Assembly (NCBI RefSeq): GCF_006345805.1
Contig: NC_043021.1
Span: forward strand, 12,028,001-12,092,000
Source of the DNA: Octopus sinensis
Lineage: Eukaryota
Direction: 5' to 3'
Length of the DNA stretch: 64,000 bases
Shown here piece after piece: positions 34,314 through 47,777 of the stretch (the stretch's first letter is position 1; each line of letters opens with the position of its first letter). The notes beneath the pieces were generated by a model. That model saw nothing but the letters and a program-made list of their open reading frames with translations. It did no database searches and was not told the origin of the DNA. The position numbers were made by a program, and so were the translations under genes.

Positions 34314-36767
34314 GTAAAAGAAAAAGGAAAGGAGAAACAACGAACAAACAAAATAACAACAACAATAGAAGATTCTTGCCGTGTTAGATTTAAAACAACC
34401 AAATAGGTAGGGGTTTTTTTTTTCATTTATTTAATAATGTTCCGTCGTCAATTTTTGAAAACTCTCTTTGCAAAATGTTTCATGTTTCTGAGAAGAAATA
34501 TCGATAATTATGGTAATATTTATTATTAAAAAGGAAAAGAAATATCCGAATTTCTCTTTCTGTATTATAAGAATATGAATTCGAAAGACTTCTAAAAATT
34601 AACAAGATAAGACTTTATTTCGCTTCCATTCATTATTTCTGTTACATATATGTAACAGAAATGTGTGTTTCTTCTTTTGGCTTGTCATGTCATTTTATCG
34701 ATTAATTTAAAACGAAATGAATATATATTTAAAATGTATTTAATTTGACTGTTTTTAACGTATTGTTCACCTGTAAGTAAGTCTGGCTCCAGGTCATTTA
34801 GCCAAAGAAATTAACCTGGTTCGAGCTCACCTCTATCCATGCTAGCACAGGGAAAGGCTGCCTTTTTTTTTTAATCTAAAAATGTTAATTAAAAGAAAAG
34901 CCAAAGAGTCTCTCTTTATATCTTTTTGGCTTAGATTTCTAATTTTCTCAAGTCATTTGTAGCTTAACTAAAAAGTTTGGTGAGGTCAAGATTTTTTTTT
35001 TCTCTTTCTTCCCACCCACCCAAAGGGGAAAGCAGGCTGAAGATGTTCCGCATAATGAAGCCTGTGAGGAAAATGCCAAAAGTGGCAAACAAGTGTCGAT
35101 ATTCATCTCATAAATGCTGCTTCACCCTTCTTCTAGACGGTTCTAGGCGTTCAATGATGATTTTCAAACTGAAACATTTTTACCATTTCTCGCGCTAGGA
35201 ACAAACATCTTTCGTTCTCCCTCGCTCGCTCTCTTTACACCATACTAAAACATACGTATACTAACATCTTCCACATACACATACTAAGGCAGCTTTCGCT
35301 CACACACACACACACACACACACACACTACCACATCTCTTCCACATTTACACTACCACATCTCTGCACATACACACGCATTCTAAAGCATCTTTCAATTT
35401 ACTAACACATTTTTTTCCACAGATACACACTAAATCTCTCACAGTCTAACAAATCACTTACACACATACACACTAAAATATCTATATTCACGACTTAGAT
35501 TTTGTCGAGTAGAAATTATATCGATGTTTAGTCACTTAATTCTAACTGTAACGCTGGGCTGATTGATTTTTTTCTTTTTCTTTTTTTTTTTGGTGTGTTA
35601 ATTATTTACCATCGTCTGATGAGGGATAGGGGTTGATAGATTCTCCCCTCGTTCCTCTAGGATGTGGTGGGTTTATACAAAATAGGATGACTGTATTTTT
35701 AATAAAACTAATGAATTAGTATACATAACTAAATTGACACAGCCCTTGTGTACAGAAGACTTTCTTAGAATGAGGAACAAATAAATGAGAATGTAAGTGA
35801 TCAAATTAAGGCTGCGTATTCATTTTCGGGTGTGTATTTTGTTTAACCCAAAGCTCGGCCCCGATCGAGCTGACCTATAACTAGAAACATTTCAGCCGTA
35901 ACTGTTTCGTCTTTTTCTCGTACTAGTAGTAACTACGTCTGTGGAGGTGGGCATGTAGCTTTGGGGGATATTTTACTGCCGTTTCTAAAAGGTGTAGAGC
36001 GGCCACGTAACGGGCTCCCTTGCTGGCTCTGGAATGTGAGTTCATTGAAGTAGTGGTGAGGGTAAGGAGTTAATTAATCTCAGTTAAACAAGATAATCCG
36101 ATGTAATTGCACTGGTAAAGCCCCTTATTCTGGTCAGAAATCCTTTATAAAAGTCTAAGCAAATGTCTTAAGTTATTGTTACATGCGTTTTTAAGTTCTG
36201 ATTTTAATTCCATTCCGTAAGCGTCTTCGACTAAAACCAAAGAAGTGCAACGGACAAATATCTTTTAACGATAAAAAAAAAAAATAATAATGTTTTTGTC
36301 GTATTACAGTTGAAATTTTAGTTATCGTTTGCGGATTAAACGATAGAGGGGATCGGATTAACGAAGCTTTTACAAAAAAAAAAAATAATAAATAAAATCA
36401 AAGGAAAGTATTATGAAAAAATTTAGGAGGCTCCCCCGAAAAAAAAAATGCGATCAAGTGAAATGACAGTATGTCAAATTCTGTTAGATTTTGTTTTCAA
36501 CGATAATCCCTTCGGAAATTATTAGAATTCTTTTACAGTTCTTGGTAGATGGTTTCGTCATGCTAGCTGTTGTGCCTTTCTCCTCTGTTCTTCCTTTCTG
36601 TCTTTCTCTCTCTCACATACATACATACATACATACACACACACACGCGAACATCCTTTCTCTCTTTTCCGCTGTGACATTTAACAAAAGATGTAACTGC
36701 GTGATAATGTCGTTTCGGGTTACAACAGCACCACAGATGCATTTTAGTTTGAATCTGAAATAGTTAC

Positions 36768-36803
<36 letters not shown>

Positions 36804-37981
36804 AAGAGATATACACACACACACACACACACGTACGCACGCACGCACACAGGTTTCCAGCATCACCTCATTGTGTTTCGGAATAATGATTCTCTCTCAA
36901 TAGAACTGTCATTTTCATTGCAAGTAACGATATTCCAGCACTGCATCCTCCCTCTCTCCATCTTCCTGTCCCCCCCCCTCTCTCTACATCTGTATCATCT
37001 TGTTCTCCCTCTCTTCCTGTTGTCTCTTTCTTCATCTCTTACTCCATCTCTCTTTATCTTCCTGTTCTCTCTCTCCCTCTCCCCTTCTCCCCCCCCTGTT
37101 AAAACCCAACATCTCTCTCTAAACTAGTTTGGTTGCTGCACTCTCCAGATGTCTGTTGGTTATCGATAATGTTAGATCTCTTCACCGTGACGTTTGTATC
37201 ATCAATTAGGAATTAAACACTTAAGGATGAGTGTAATTACATCACGTGCTTCCAGAGGCCCTACCTCACCTGTAATTATCTTTTACGTTCGTTCTATTTA
37301 CAATTTGAAATATTTTGTGTTTTCATAGATAAACCTAGCAAGCCGAATATATCATTTTACTAAAGCTGGAATTTTTTTTTTTAAATGAAAAAAAAAAAAA
37401 AAAGAGTGGAAGTATAATATTAGTCATTAGTCGGGCTTGAATTTATAATCTCTATGCACTTGTTGTTGCCCTGTGCTGTACCCTAACCCCTGTATAAGGT
37501 ATTATTGTTTTCGAAGGTCTAAAGGTCTCTTTGCTACCTTTTGAATATTTTAACTTGAAGACGAAGAAATGTCTTTGATTCTAAAAGTGTGTCATTGATT
37601 GAAAATGTGAAAATGTATGAAGCAGTTTGTCTTAGCTGCAAGAGAAGGATTTTTTTTTTTAATATGAAAAGCTTGCTTTAATTTCCCTTCCGGCTGAGAC
37701 TAAAATTGAGAGAATGTAAGTATTTATTTTGGCTGTAGCTGTTATATGTATTATTATATGTATTATAGATCGTCAGACAAATATTTTGTGCTGTCTTTGT
37801 CCTGAGGTCAAATTTTATCCAGGTCGACTTTGCTTTTCCATTCTGTTTTCCAGTGGAATACAACAGTCCGTTAGTCGATACCACTGGGGAAAAAAATGTA
37901 TCTCAGCATGGCCACATTCCAATTATTGAGAATAATGAAAAATATTTTGTGTGTGTGTGTCTTTAAAGATGTAATGAATGA

Positions 37982-38311
<330 letters not shown>

Positions 38312-39632
38312 TTTAAGACTGAAGAAATATGAAAATGTATAAATATATTATATATATAAAAGGAAGAAAAAAATGCGAAAAGGATGGGTAGCATCTTTTT
38401 CTGTTATTTATTTTTTATTTTCTTTTTCTTTCTCTCTTTCTTTAAGACACTTGAGTAATGTTTCATGGTGACCATCTCCACTTCAGCTTCTGCCTGTTAC
38501 TGTTACAAGGGTAGCTGCTAAAGATTCTGCTCACATCTTTTTTTTCTGGGTTTTTTTTTTTACTTTCTTCGTTAAACAGCTTTAAGACAGCACTCTGACC
38601 ATGCCCTAAACAAATGGGCAACATTTTAGCACAGAAAAAGAATAACAAAAACAAAAACCAACCAACCAACCAAATCTGCAAGTGATGGCAATTTTTTATA
38701 TTCCTTTTAACTTTGAATTAAACTTTCTCTTAACATAATTTGTCTTTGCCAGGAGTTGTAAGAAAACAAATTATATAACACTGTGCAAGTATTTAATTTT
38801 ATCATGATAATAAAAATTAAATCTTGCAATTATCATTTTTTTTTTTTCTCTCTCCTCTATATTATATTCACGACTCATTTTAAAATCTGACCAGCTTCAC
38901 CATTGTCGAAAAGTATGCAGACTGGGATGGTAGCTAATTGATTCTAGTAGCCCTCAACCATGACTGACTCGTTTTGTTTTTTCTCTCTCTCCTTCGTCCC
39001 CCCTATTTGTTTTTGTTTGTTTTTTTATATAATTTTTCTTTTTGTTTCCACTTAAGTAAAATACGGTCATTGCACATGTTTAGTCCCATCTCCCGGTTTT
39101 ACCAGTGCTCATTTAGGAACATCTTTTCTCTGAACAGTCTTCCTCTTTTGAGCTGTAAATATTTTCTCCTCTCTAAAATCTCAGCAAATGGAAAGCAAAA
39201 CCACAAAAAAAAAAAACCTGCTACTTTGCTCTATAAATGTGTCTGTTATACAGAATTTCCACTGTTATAATAATAATAATAATAATAATATTGTATGAAT
39301 TAAAGATAACAAAGGCATTTAGCTATAATCTGTTAGTTTGAAGGTGTGTATGAATGATGTTTAAAGTTAGCTACTGTTGGTGTTTCTGGTTTTCTCTTCT
39401 ACCATTGTAACCTGTCATATTTTCTTTGACTACATTTTTGTAAATATAAACTTTTCTGTGTTATTTGACCTGTTATTTTCTTTTTTTTGTTTTGTGTTTG
39501 TTTGCCAAATGCGAGACAGCTATTTGTCAAATTTGTTCATGAATGATTTTTTTTTTTTTAATTTAACTTTATTTTAGAACAAAATTGGTTACAGAACATT
39601 GTTAAAACTGTTTTAAAGTCAATGATGTATAT

Positions 39633-39937
39633 TTATAAGCACCGATCTGAGTTGGAAGAAGAGACAAAAAAAAAAAAAAAAAAAAGCAGGGCTAGTGTTA
39701 GGGATTGGAGCTCTAGCCATCTTATAGCTTGTCTGGTGGTTAAGATAATTGTTACACTATAGAGAGAGAGCACCTGCCAGGTTCTATTCAAATTAGATAC
39801 AGGTTCGTTTGTGCTCCTTTTTAATGCCTTAGTTTTGTAAGGCAGAATAAGTTTATTCAAGTAATAATCCAGTATAGCTAGGTATCGTCCTAACTCTACC
39901 TCTTTTAATATTTGGTTCCAGATATAAACCACCACTT
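39633..39937 (-). CDS. Candidate terminal coding exon of unrecognised convergent gene
   Basis: ttcctag acceptor; 100-codon open frame VVVYIWNQILKEVELGRYLAILDYY...; phase fits the 40566 donor. Confidence 0.35.
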
Positions 39938-40565
39938 CTAGGAATTAAATTATGCATTAATTGGTGCTTATACCTATCATGTACATTTAAATTTCTAAGC
40001 ATTTAATTCATGCTCTGCTGAATTATCAAAGGAAAGCCAGAACTACCCAAGATTCTGTCATGTTCTAGACTAAAGATGCTAATTGTATGTAAAATTGCTA
40101 AGAACACCCCACTTCAGAGCAGCAATCTACTGTAAGGTCAGTTAAGGATTACTCATTGAATGCAAATAGTATTTAGTGTCTTGTACATACTTGTTCACAC
40201 AATTTGTGGTTTTTATATGAAGACTTGAATAAAAAGAGAAAAAAAGAATATTTGTCACAATCTCTGAAGTTGCAGATGTGTTGTGATGTTCATACCTTTT
40301 TTCTGAATGCAGTTAAAACCGTTTTGTGTTGTTACTCTTGTATTGAGCTTATAAAAGGATTAGCCAAAGAATTCCTAGCTCCAAATATATATATATTTTT
40401 TTTTCCATGTTTTGTGTGTTTGATATAACTGAGACTACTTGTTTCTGTGTTGCTAGATTGCAAATTTTAGTGTTCAAATTAGAGTTTATGAAGATGTAAG
40501 GCAATTTTTATATTCAATTTAACGCGGGTGTTGTGTTAGAAAAGCCATATGGTGCATAAAGGTAC

Positions 40566-40795
40566 TCATCTTTCTATCGTCTGCAAACTCGAATCTGCTA
40601 CAGGCACCATCCATGTATGAGAGATCTTCACAAGGTAAATAACAGTATTGTCCTAACACCACATCCACTGTTAAGTTGGACATAAAGACTGCCCTTTGAA
40701 TTAATACTGCTTCTGTCACTACCTCTTGGTACAGCGTACACCCACACCAATTGATTGGCCCCAGTGATACAAACTGAAAGGACTCTGAGGCTGAT
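40566..40795 (-). CDS. Candidate coding exon of unrecognised gene
   Basis: Lies in a ~110-codon open frame; reads SASESFQFVSLGPINWCGCTLYQEVV...CSRFEFADDRKM; splice sites moderate to weak. Confidence 0.5.
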
Positions 40796-41551
40796 CTATC
40801 GGCCCAATGGAGAAGATATGTGAAGGGTTGGTTTTGAAGTGTAATAAGCTAATGAGATGGTCCTTCAGTAGTTGTTTCTCCTCAATCATTTAGCATCCTT
40901 CCATGGGTTGCACAGTTTGACAGGAGATGGCCAGGCAGGAGCTTGTGCCATGCTTCTGTGTCTTGATGTAAAAAAAAAAAAAAAAAAAAATTTTTTTGGT
41001 TACACATAACAAAACACTGTCTCAAAAGGGTGAAAACACATTTTGTACAGAATTCCTAACCCCTTAATAATACATTGGAATGAAACAATTTGGCACGGCC
41101 ATTTTGTATGTAGGTGACTTGACTCAACATTTGGCCTGGTTTCAGCACTGGCAGCAAATACACACATGCGCACACACGCACACACACACACAGAGGCTTG
41201 ACAATTTATTAATTGAACACATTTAACAAACATTTTCCCCTCTACTCATACACAGAAAGAGAAATTGCTCACACAAAGAAGTGGGGGGGGTGGAGAATGA
41301 GAAACGTTAAAATGTCAAATAAGTCAGCAGTGCCAAAACAGACACATTGCATATAACCATGTGCACACACACACACACTATACATACATGGGCTTCTACC
41401 AAACTCATTCATAAGGCTTTGTTCAGCCTGGGGCTATAGTAGAAGATACTTCCCCAAGATGCTATACATGCAATAAGTCACGTGTGTGTGTGCATCTATA
41501 TACATATTGTATGTGTATGATTTTTAGTGATTTTTTTTTTTAAGGACTTTA

Positions 41552-42067
41552 TAACCCCTTCTGTTCTTTCATGTGGATAAAATTGTTACTGGTCAGGGGC
41601 AACTTTGCCTGTGGTGTTTTTTTTTCAAGGGCAGGGCAGTTAAATTATCAGTCAAAGGCAGTAGGAGTATAATTACATTAAACCAGATTCCTTGTGTTCG
41701 TTCCAGCTCTTCACATTCTGAGTTCAAATCCCACAATGGGGCCTACTTGGTTGATTCTGTCACCTAAATTTAACACCGCCATCTGGAACCCCTGGTTTCT
41801 TAACGACTTGATACCCCTTCTGTTTACTCATGTGGATAAAATTGTTACTGGTCAGGGGCAACTTTGCCTGTGGTCGTTTTTTCAAGGGCAGGGCAGTTAA
41901 ATTATCAGTCAAAGGCAGTAGGAGTATAATTACATTAAACCAGATTCCTTGTGTTCGTTCCAGCTCTTCCCATTCTGAGTTCAAATCCCACGATGGGGGC
42001 CTACTTGGCTGATTCCACTTAACCTGTCACCTAAATTTAACACCACCATTTGGAACCCCCTGGTTTC
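41552..42067. repeat. 259-bp tandem duplication
   Basis: atgtggataaaattgttactggtcagggg at 41571 and 41830. Confidence 0.9.
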
Positions 42068-42080
42068 TTTAGTAAGGTAC

Positions 42081-42250
42081 CCTCTATTGCAAGCACGTCG
42101 GATCTCTGGTTTGAGGATTTCGTCCATCCTTCCAAATTTGGAGACCCTTATTAAGAGTTGTTGGGTAGTGTGTTCCGTCAGTTTTATGGCTACAAATGAG
42201 TTAGCCTCTTCAGAATTTAAACAGGCCATATCTGGCCTTTTGCACTTACC
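42081..42250 (-). CDS. Candidate coding exon of unrecognised gene
   Basis: aatattgcag acceptor; GKCKRPDMACLNSEEANSFVAIKLTEHTTQQLLIRVSKFGRMDEILKPEIRRACNR; donor gg|gtacct weak. Confidence 0.5.
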
Positions 42251-42824
42251 CTGCAATATTTTAAAAGTAAACAAATCTTGAAGTTATGAGGCAATGTGAA
42301 TAAGTAAGCATAACATTTAACAATCTGAATACTAACAGGGTTTTAAACATGTTGCTTGAGAATTGACTGTTTTAGGGAGTGGAAACTGAGCTTCAAAGGA
42401 GCATGTATATGGTCTGTCAACCTGCTAGATATGGCAGCCAAATCTTGTTACATCTCCCATTTAAAAAAAAAATGGGAAAAGCTATGTTGGGTAATGAACT
42501 GATATACAAGAATACTGGGTGGAAATGGATATCTTACTGTAAAAAAAATCTTAAATCCCCATGCAGCCAAGGGAATTTATTTGGAGGTAAGATTTTTTTT
42601 TTTTTTTAAACGATTGGATGTTAAAACATACAAAAACGAAAATCACGACTTGTATGTCTTGGTTTGTCTACAATGTTCTGAACTGACCTGTGGAAAACAA
42701 TAGCGTAATGGACTTAAAATGGATCTTTTCTGAAAGTACTATAGAAGCAAGTTGTTAGTAAGTTGAAGGACTGCAGATGTTATTATACAGGATGGGCCTG
42801 CAAGTAGTGACAAAGTCTCCTTAC

Positions 42825-42920
42825 ATGTTGCATTTTGTAGGCAAAACCTAGTCCTGTCAGCTTTTGGGCCATCTCGTACAACAAACTAATGAGTAAACCT
42901 CTATGTGGACAATGAATCTG
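42825..42920 (-). CDS. Candidate 96-nt coding exon of unrecognised gene
   Basis: cttctag acceptor, cat|gtaagg donor; QIHCPHRGLLISLLYEMAQKLTGLGFAYKMQH, phase 0/0. Confidence 0.5.
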
Positions 42921-43204
42921 CTAGAAGTATATCCAAGATCTGCTGGTGTATATCTAGAAAAACTGATCTCTTGGGTACACTTATATCTTAAACAAAGGTG
43001 TTCATGGTTTAAAACCTGATTGTGGAGCTGTCTGGGATCCTTGTGGGCTCACTACCATCTGTGATCGGCTGCAAAATCATGTACCCCCAATGTTTTTGTT
43101 TCTGCAGTTCTAAATGACTTGGTGAATTGAATAATGAGTGTATTGTATCATGTACGAAGCAGTTTTTATTTGGTTGAACACAGTAATGACTCTAAGTTAG
43201 GCAT

Positions 43205-43453
43205 GTGAAAGGTTGGAAAGTCCAGTTTGCTGGACATTGTTGTAAAGCTGAAAACGAGATAATTTCTACTCTTCTCCTCTGGAAGCCATCTACTCGCAAT
43301 ACCAGAGGGTGCACACTATCCTACCCTGATGTAATCTCCAGGGATACCGGCATCCCTCAACAGGACCTCCGTAATGCTATGATGGACCGTGAAGTCTGGC
43401 GTAGCATGGTAAATTCCATTGTCTCGACCACAGTCGAACAATGATGATGATGA
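43205..43453 (+). mobile_element. RTE/RTEX-type LINE 3' end
   Basis: QFAGHCCKAENEIISTLLLWKP...YPDVISRDTG...DLRNAMMDREVWRSMV; (tga)n tail. Confidence 0.85.
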
Positions 43454-43464
43454 TAGGCATGAAT

Positions 43465-43802
43465 CAAGGTGGCGAGCTGGCAGAAACGTTGGCATGCCGG
43501 ACGAAATGCATAGCCGTATTTTGTCTGAGTTCAAATTCCGCCGAGGTCGATTTTTGCCTCTCATCCTTTCGGGGTCGATAAATTAAGTACCAGTTACACA
43601 CTGGGGTTGATGTAATCGACTTAATCCGTTTGTCTGTCCTCTCTGTGTTTAGCCCCTTGTGGGTAGTAAAGAAATAGGTATTTCATCTGCCATTTCGGGG
43701 GTTGATAAATTAAGTACCAGTTATGCACTGGGGTCGATATAATCGACTTAATTCGTTTGTCTCCTCTGTGTTTAGCCCCTTGTGGATAGTAAAGAAATAG
43801 GT
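43465..43802 (+). mobile_element. SINE family C dimer
   Basis: Head, body and deleted second body; TSD taggcatgaat. Confidence 0.9.
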
Positions 43803-44061
43803 TAGGCATGAATGTCGTATCTTATTTCTCCTCTGCTTTCTTTATGGTGTTAAATATAGTTTTTCTATTTAATCAATATCATATTGACTTATAGATTATT
43901 TTCCTCGTTTTCTTGGGCCTTCAGCTCCTGATAGCGATTTGTGGGGCATTGTTATAACATACAGTAATTTGACTTTTAACTTGGTGGAGCCCATTCCTCT
44001 CCAGCTGTGACTACAGTCAATTTCTTCCAGGGAGAAAAAAACAACTCCACAATGCAAGCTG

Positions 44062-44620
44062 GTAGAAACAGCACGCCAGGCAAAATGCTTAGCGGTATTT
44101 CATCTGCTGCTACGTTCTGAGTTCAAATTCCACCGAGGTCGACTTTGCCTTTCATCCTTTCGAGGTCGATCAAATAAGCACCAGTTACACACTGGGGTTG
44201 ATATATTCGACTTAATCCGTTTGTCCTCTCTGTGTTTAGCCCCTTGTGGGTAGTAAAGAAATAGGTATTTCGTCTGCCACTACGTTCTGAGTTCAAATTC
44301 CGCTGAGGTCGACTTTGCCTTTCATCCTTTCAGGGTCGATTCAATAAGTACCAGTTACACACTGGGGTCAATATAATCAACTTAATCCATTTGTCTGTCC
44401 TTGTTTGTTCTCTCTGTGTTTAGCCCCTTGTGGGTAGTAAAGAAATAGGTATTTCATCTGTCTTTACATTCTGAGTTTAAATTCCGCCAAGGTTGACTTA
44501 GCCTCTCATCCTATCAAGGTCAATTAAGTTAAGTACCAGTTGCATACTGGGGTCGATCTAATCAACTGGCCCCTTCTCCCAAAATTTCGGGGCCTTGTGC
44601 CTAGAGTAGAAAAGATTATT
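44062..44620 (+). mobile_element. SINE family C trimer
   Basis: Three successive tacgttctgagttcaaattcc-type bodies. Confidence 0.85.
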
Positions 44621-45021
44621 TATCTATTGGACTTCAAAGAATAAAATGCAGAGTCAACTTTGGGGCTTCAGCCATTGAGTACAGATAGTTGCAATGAAGA
44701 TGAGTGGAGCATTATCATGTCCGATGCTCTTGACTATGCCAGTATTTTATGTGCAGTGGTAGAGAAGCTCGTGTTCATGGGGAAGTAGTGAAATACAAGA
44801 TTAATGGTACATTTCATTTGACCAATAAGAGGAATTAATTTAGCAGGGAAATTTATAAAGTTGATGATAACATATTTGGAATTCAGTGACAGCCGGTTAC
44901 TTGATTTTGTGTCAATTTGTGAGAGGGATTTCTTTATTTTGGCACTCAGGCCACTAACATAGAAGGGGACACTACAAGGACAGACACAACACCACAGTGG
45001 GGACAATAAACACAAAACGAA

Positions 45022-45335
45022 TCATCATCGTTTAACGTCCATTTTCCGCGCTAGCACGGGTTGGACGGTTCGACCAGGGTCTGCACCAGGCTCCAGTCTG
45101 ATCTGGCAGAGTTTCTACAGCTGGATGCCCTTCCTAACGCCAACCACTCCGCGAGTGTAGTGGGTGCTTTTTACGCGCCACCTGCACAGGTGCCAGGGGG
45201 GTCCGGCATCGGCCACGATCGGTTGGAGCTTTTAACGTGCCACCGGCACGGAAGCCAGCCAAGGCGGCGCTGGCAACGGCCACATTCGGATGGTGCTTTA
45301 TATGTGCCACCGGCACAGAAGCCAGTCGGGGCAGC
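45022..45335 (+). mobile_element. Family D repeat
   Basis: As 14635-14965. Confidence 0.8.
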
Positions 45336-46354
45336 GAATATTATATAATAATGAAGAATGAAATGGCTGCATGGGCCCGTCAATTAGTGAGAGAAGTAAA
45401 GGTAAGTAGCAGTCAATTTTTACTGGAGCTGAAGCCAACAAGATGCAAAACTCATCTTGCAAACAACAGATTATCTTCCACTCTGTGGTACCTTGTTTTG
45501 GATCTTTGAGAACACACTAGTTATGCTGTATCTGTAAACAAGATGTCTTAGTTATGAAGTCAACACTGGTGATATGATACTATCAACTCCTCTACCATCA
45601 CATCAGCTAGTTGGCTGACACTTTGATTTTGGTTAATCTCACTTATCCAGTAGTAAACCATACTCCAATCTGTAGCACATTACTGCAGTTAAGTTTGTTT
45701 GGGGCTGTTCATTGAGAACACACGTTATGCTACTATTTCTTAACTACAAACTCGACATATCACTAGTGACACGATACATAACACCGACACTCTTCACCAC
45801 CACCACCACCACCAGTTGGGTGGTACAGTCTTGTAGTAGTTAATCTTACTCTTAACTCTTTTACTGAACCCAGAACCATGTGGTTGGTAAGCAAGCTACT
45901 TACCACACAGCCACTCCTGTGCCTAGCTTTAAACTTTTAACATTCAGATTACTTTGACAAAAGTGATGTTTATTGATCACATTTTTAATATTTAATCACA
46001 TCTTATCCTGTAGCTTCAAAGTTTTGAGGAGGTCATTGTTTGTTTAGATTAACATTGTAGGGTAGGTGTGAAAGGCTGGATTTGGATAGCTTCAACATAA
46101 AACCAACTATTTTGGCTGGATTAAATGCTAAAGAGTTAAACGTTTTTCTATGGTACCTTGTATTGGATTACTGATCAGCAACACTGCTGTTTAGCCAAGT
46201 GTCTTTACTATGAACTCGACACTGGTAACTTAATACCATTAACTCATTAATTAGCTATTCCAAATATGCATTGTTAGTTGATACTTTGTGGAGACTAACT
46301 TATTCTAAATTTTGATATAATTTTGTTGCATGTGGCCCAGGTATATAAATTTTT

Positions 46355-46663
46355 TTTTATTTATGCGCCCTTTTCAAACCTAGCTAGGCTCATGGGCCCG
46401 GTTTCTGTGGCATATGTGTTCCCCACAGCTTGACGGGATGCCAGTCCATCGCAGCGTTACTCAAGAAACAGGAAGAGAGAGTGAGAGAAAGTTGGGGCGA
46501 AAGAGTACAACAGGGATCACCACCCCCACCCCCTGCTGGAGCCTCGTGGAGCTTTCAGTTGTTTTCGCTCAATAAATGCACACAACGCCCAGTCTGGGAA
46601 TCGAAACTGCAATCTTCCGACCACGAGTCCGCTCCTCTAACCACTGGGCCATAGCACCTCCAC
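46355..46663 (-). mobile_element. SINE family B with third tail type (V-domain-like)
   Basis: B head and body joined to gagtaacgctgcgatggactggcatcccgtc...aagggcgcataa. Confidence 0.75.
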
Positions 46664-46770
46664 CCAGGTATATAAAAAGTGCTGCACAACTTGGTTCATA
46701 TTACTGTGCATTGCTGTGTTACTCCGTGACAAAAAAGAAAAAGAAAGAGGCCCTGACTACCTTATTATAA

Positions 46771-47163
46771 ACTAGCAGTATCGCCCGGTGTTGCTCGAGT
46801 TTGTTTCAACCCTTTAGAATTGGAATTGTTGAAAAGTAAAAATTTTGCATTATGTAGCTTGTTATTCTCTTTTAATGAACATTTTCTGGTTGAAATACAC
46901 TGAAAAATGGCGACACAGCAGTAAAAAAATCATTAAAAAATAGGGATTTTCATAGGAAAAAAGCACCTTTTTGATGTAAATAATTTTTGGTGTTAACATG
47001 GTCTGATTTGAATTTTATCTTCTACGGAAGGAAGAGCAAGCCTTCTTCTATTATGCTCTCAATTTTGGTCAACTTGCGCCGCAGGGTCTCGGAGGAAACA
47101 GTGTTAGTTGAAGGCTACCAAACCTGCCACACACAGACAACTTCAGCTTTATACATATAGATA
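46771..47163 (+). mobile_element. Helentron-type (HINE/DINE-1-like) element
   Basis: actagcagtatcgcccggtgttgc start; cacacagacaacttcagctttatacatatagat end. Confidence 0.6.
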
Positions 47164-47777
47164 AGCATGAACTCCGTATCAATAGCAGCGAAAGTGAATG
47201 TATGGCATGCATGCATTATTGAGTTTGCCCTTAATCTTTCTAGGACTAGAGTCGATTATAAATCTATGCAATTAATTTCTGCATTTCAGGCCTGACAAAG
47301 AAGAAAACATGTTTCCATGAGGTTCTCTTGCAGATTAATTTGATTACAACTGAGTGATCTTTTTGTATGTGTGCAAGTGACCTGTTTCATCAAACAGACG
47401 GGAAATGTACCTGGCTCATGAAGTATAGACACCGAGAAACGAAACAGGTAACAAAGTAGAACATACCACCCACCAATCGGCAAGGTGGGTACAGGGTTGT
47501 GTCACACCCACTTAGAAATAGCAAAAGCAGTATTATTGATCTGTATAAGGGTGGAGCTATTAGATGGAAACAGCTGCAGTGGGATCGAATTGGAGGCATT
47601 TATGAAAACAACACTAAGTTAGGAAGAAAATTTAACCAAGATGAAATGCATGTAGGGTTTATGTGAGGAGAGGTGGGGGCAGGGGTCACTGATGCCGTTT
47701 CCTTGTAATGCGGTTTAACAGCATATGAGTTCTTAGATAAGGTGTAGCTGTTATATCTAGCATTTGTTGGTCTAAAT

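Noticed and set aside
40519-40719. FEFADD as a reverse transcriptase (Y/F)ADD motif
   Set aside because: No other RT motifs lie upstream or downstream; the segment fits better as an exon of the convergent gene.
42087-42281. Plus-strand LETLIKSCW resembling a kinase subdomain XI
   Set aside because: It lacks the following P..RP motif and any other kinase motif, and is the antisense of the better-supported minus-strand frame.
44734-45015. 93-aa minus-strand ORF upstream of the convergent gene
   Set aside because: No convincing donor site and no recognisable motif.
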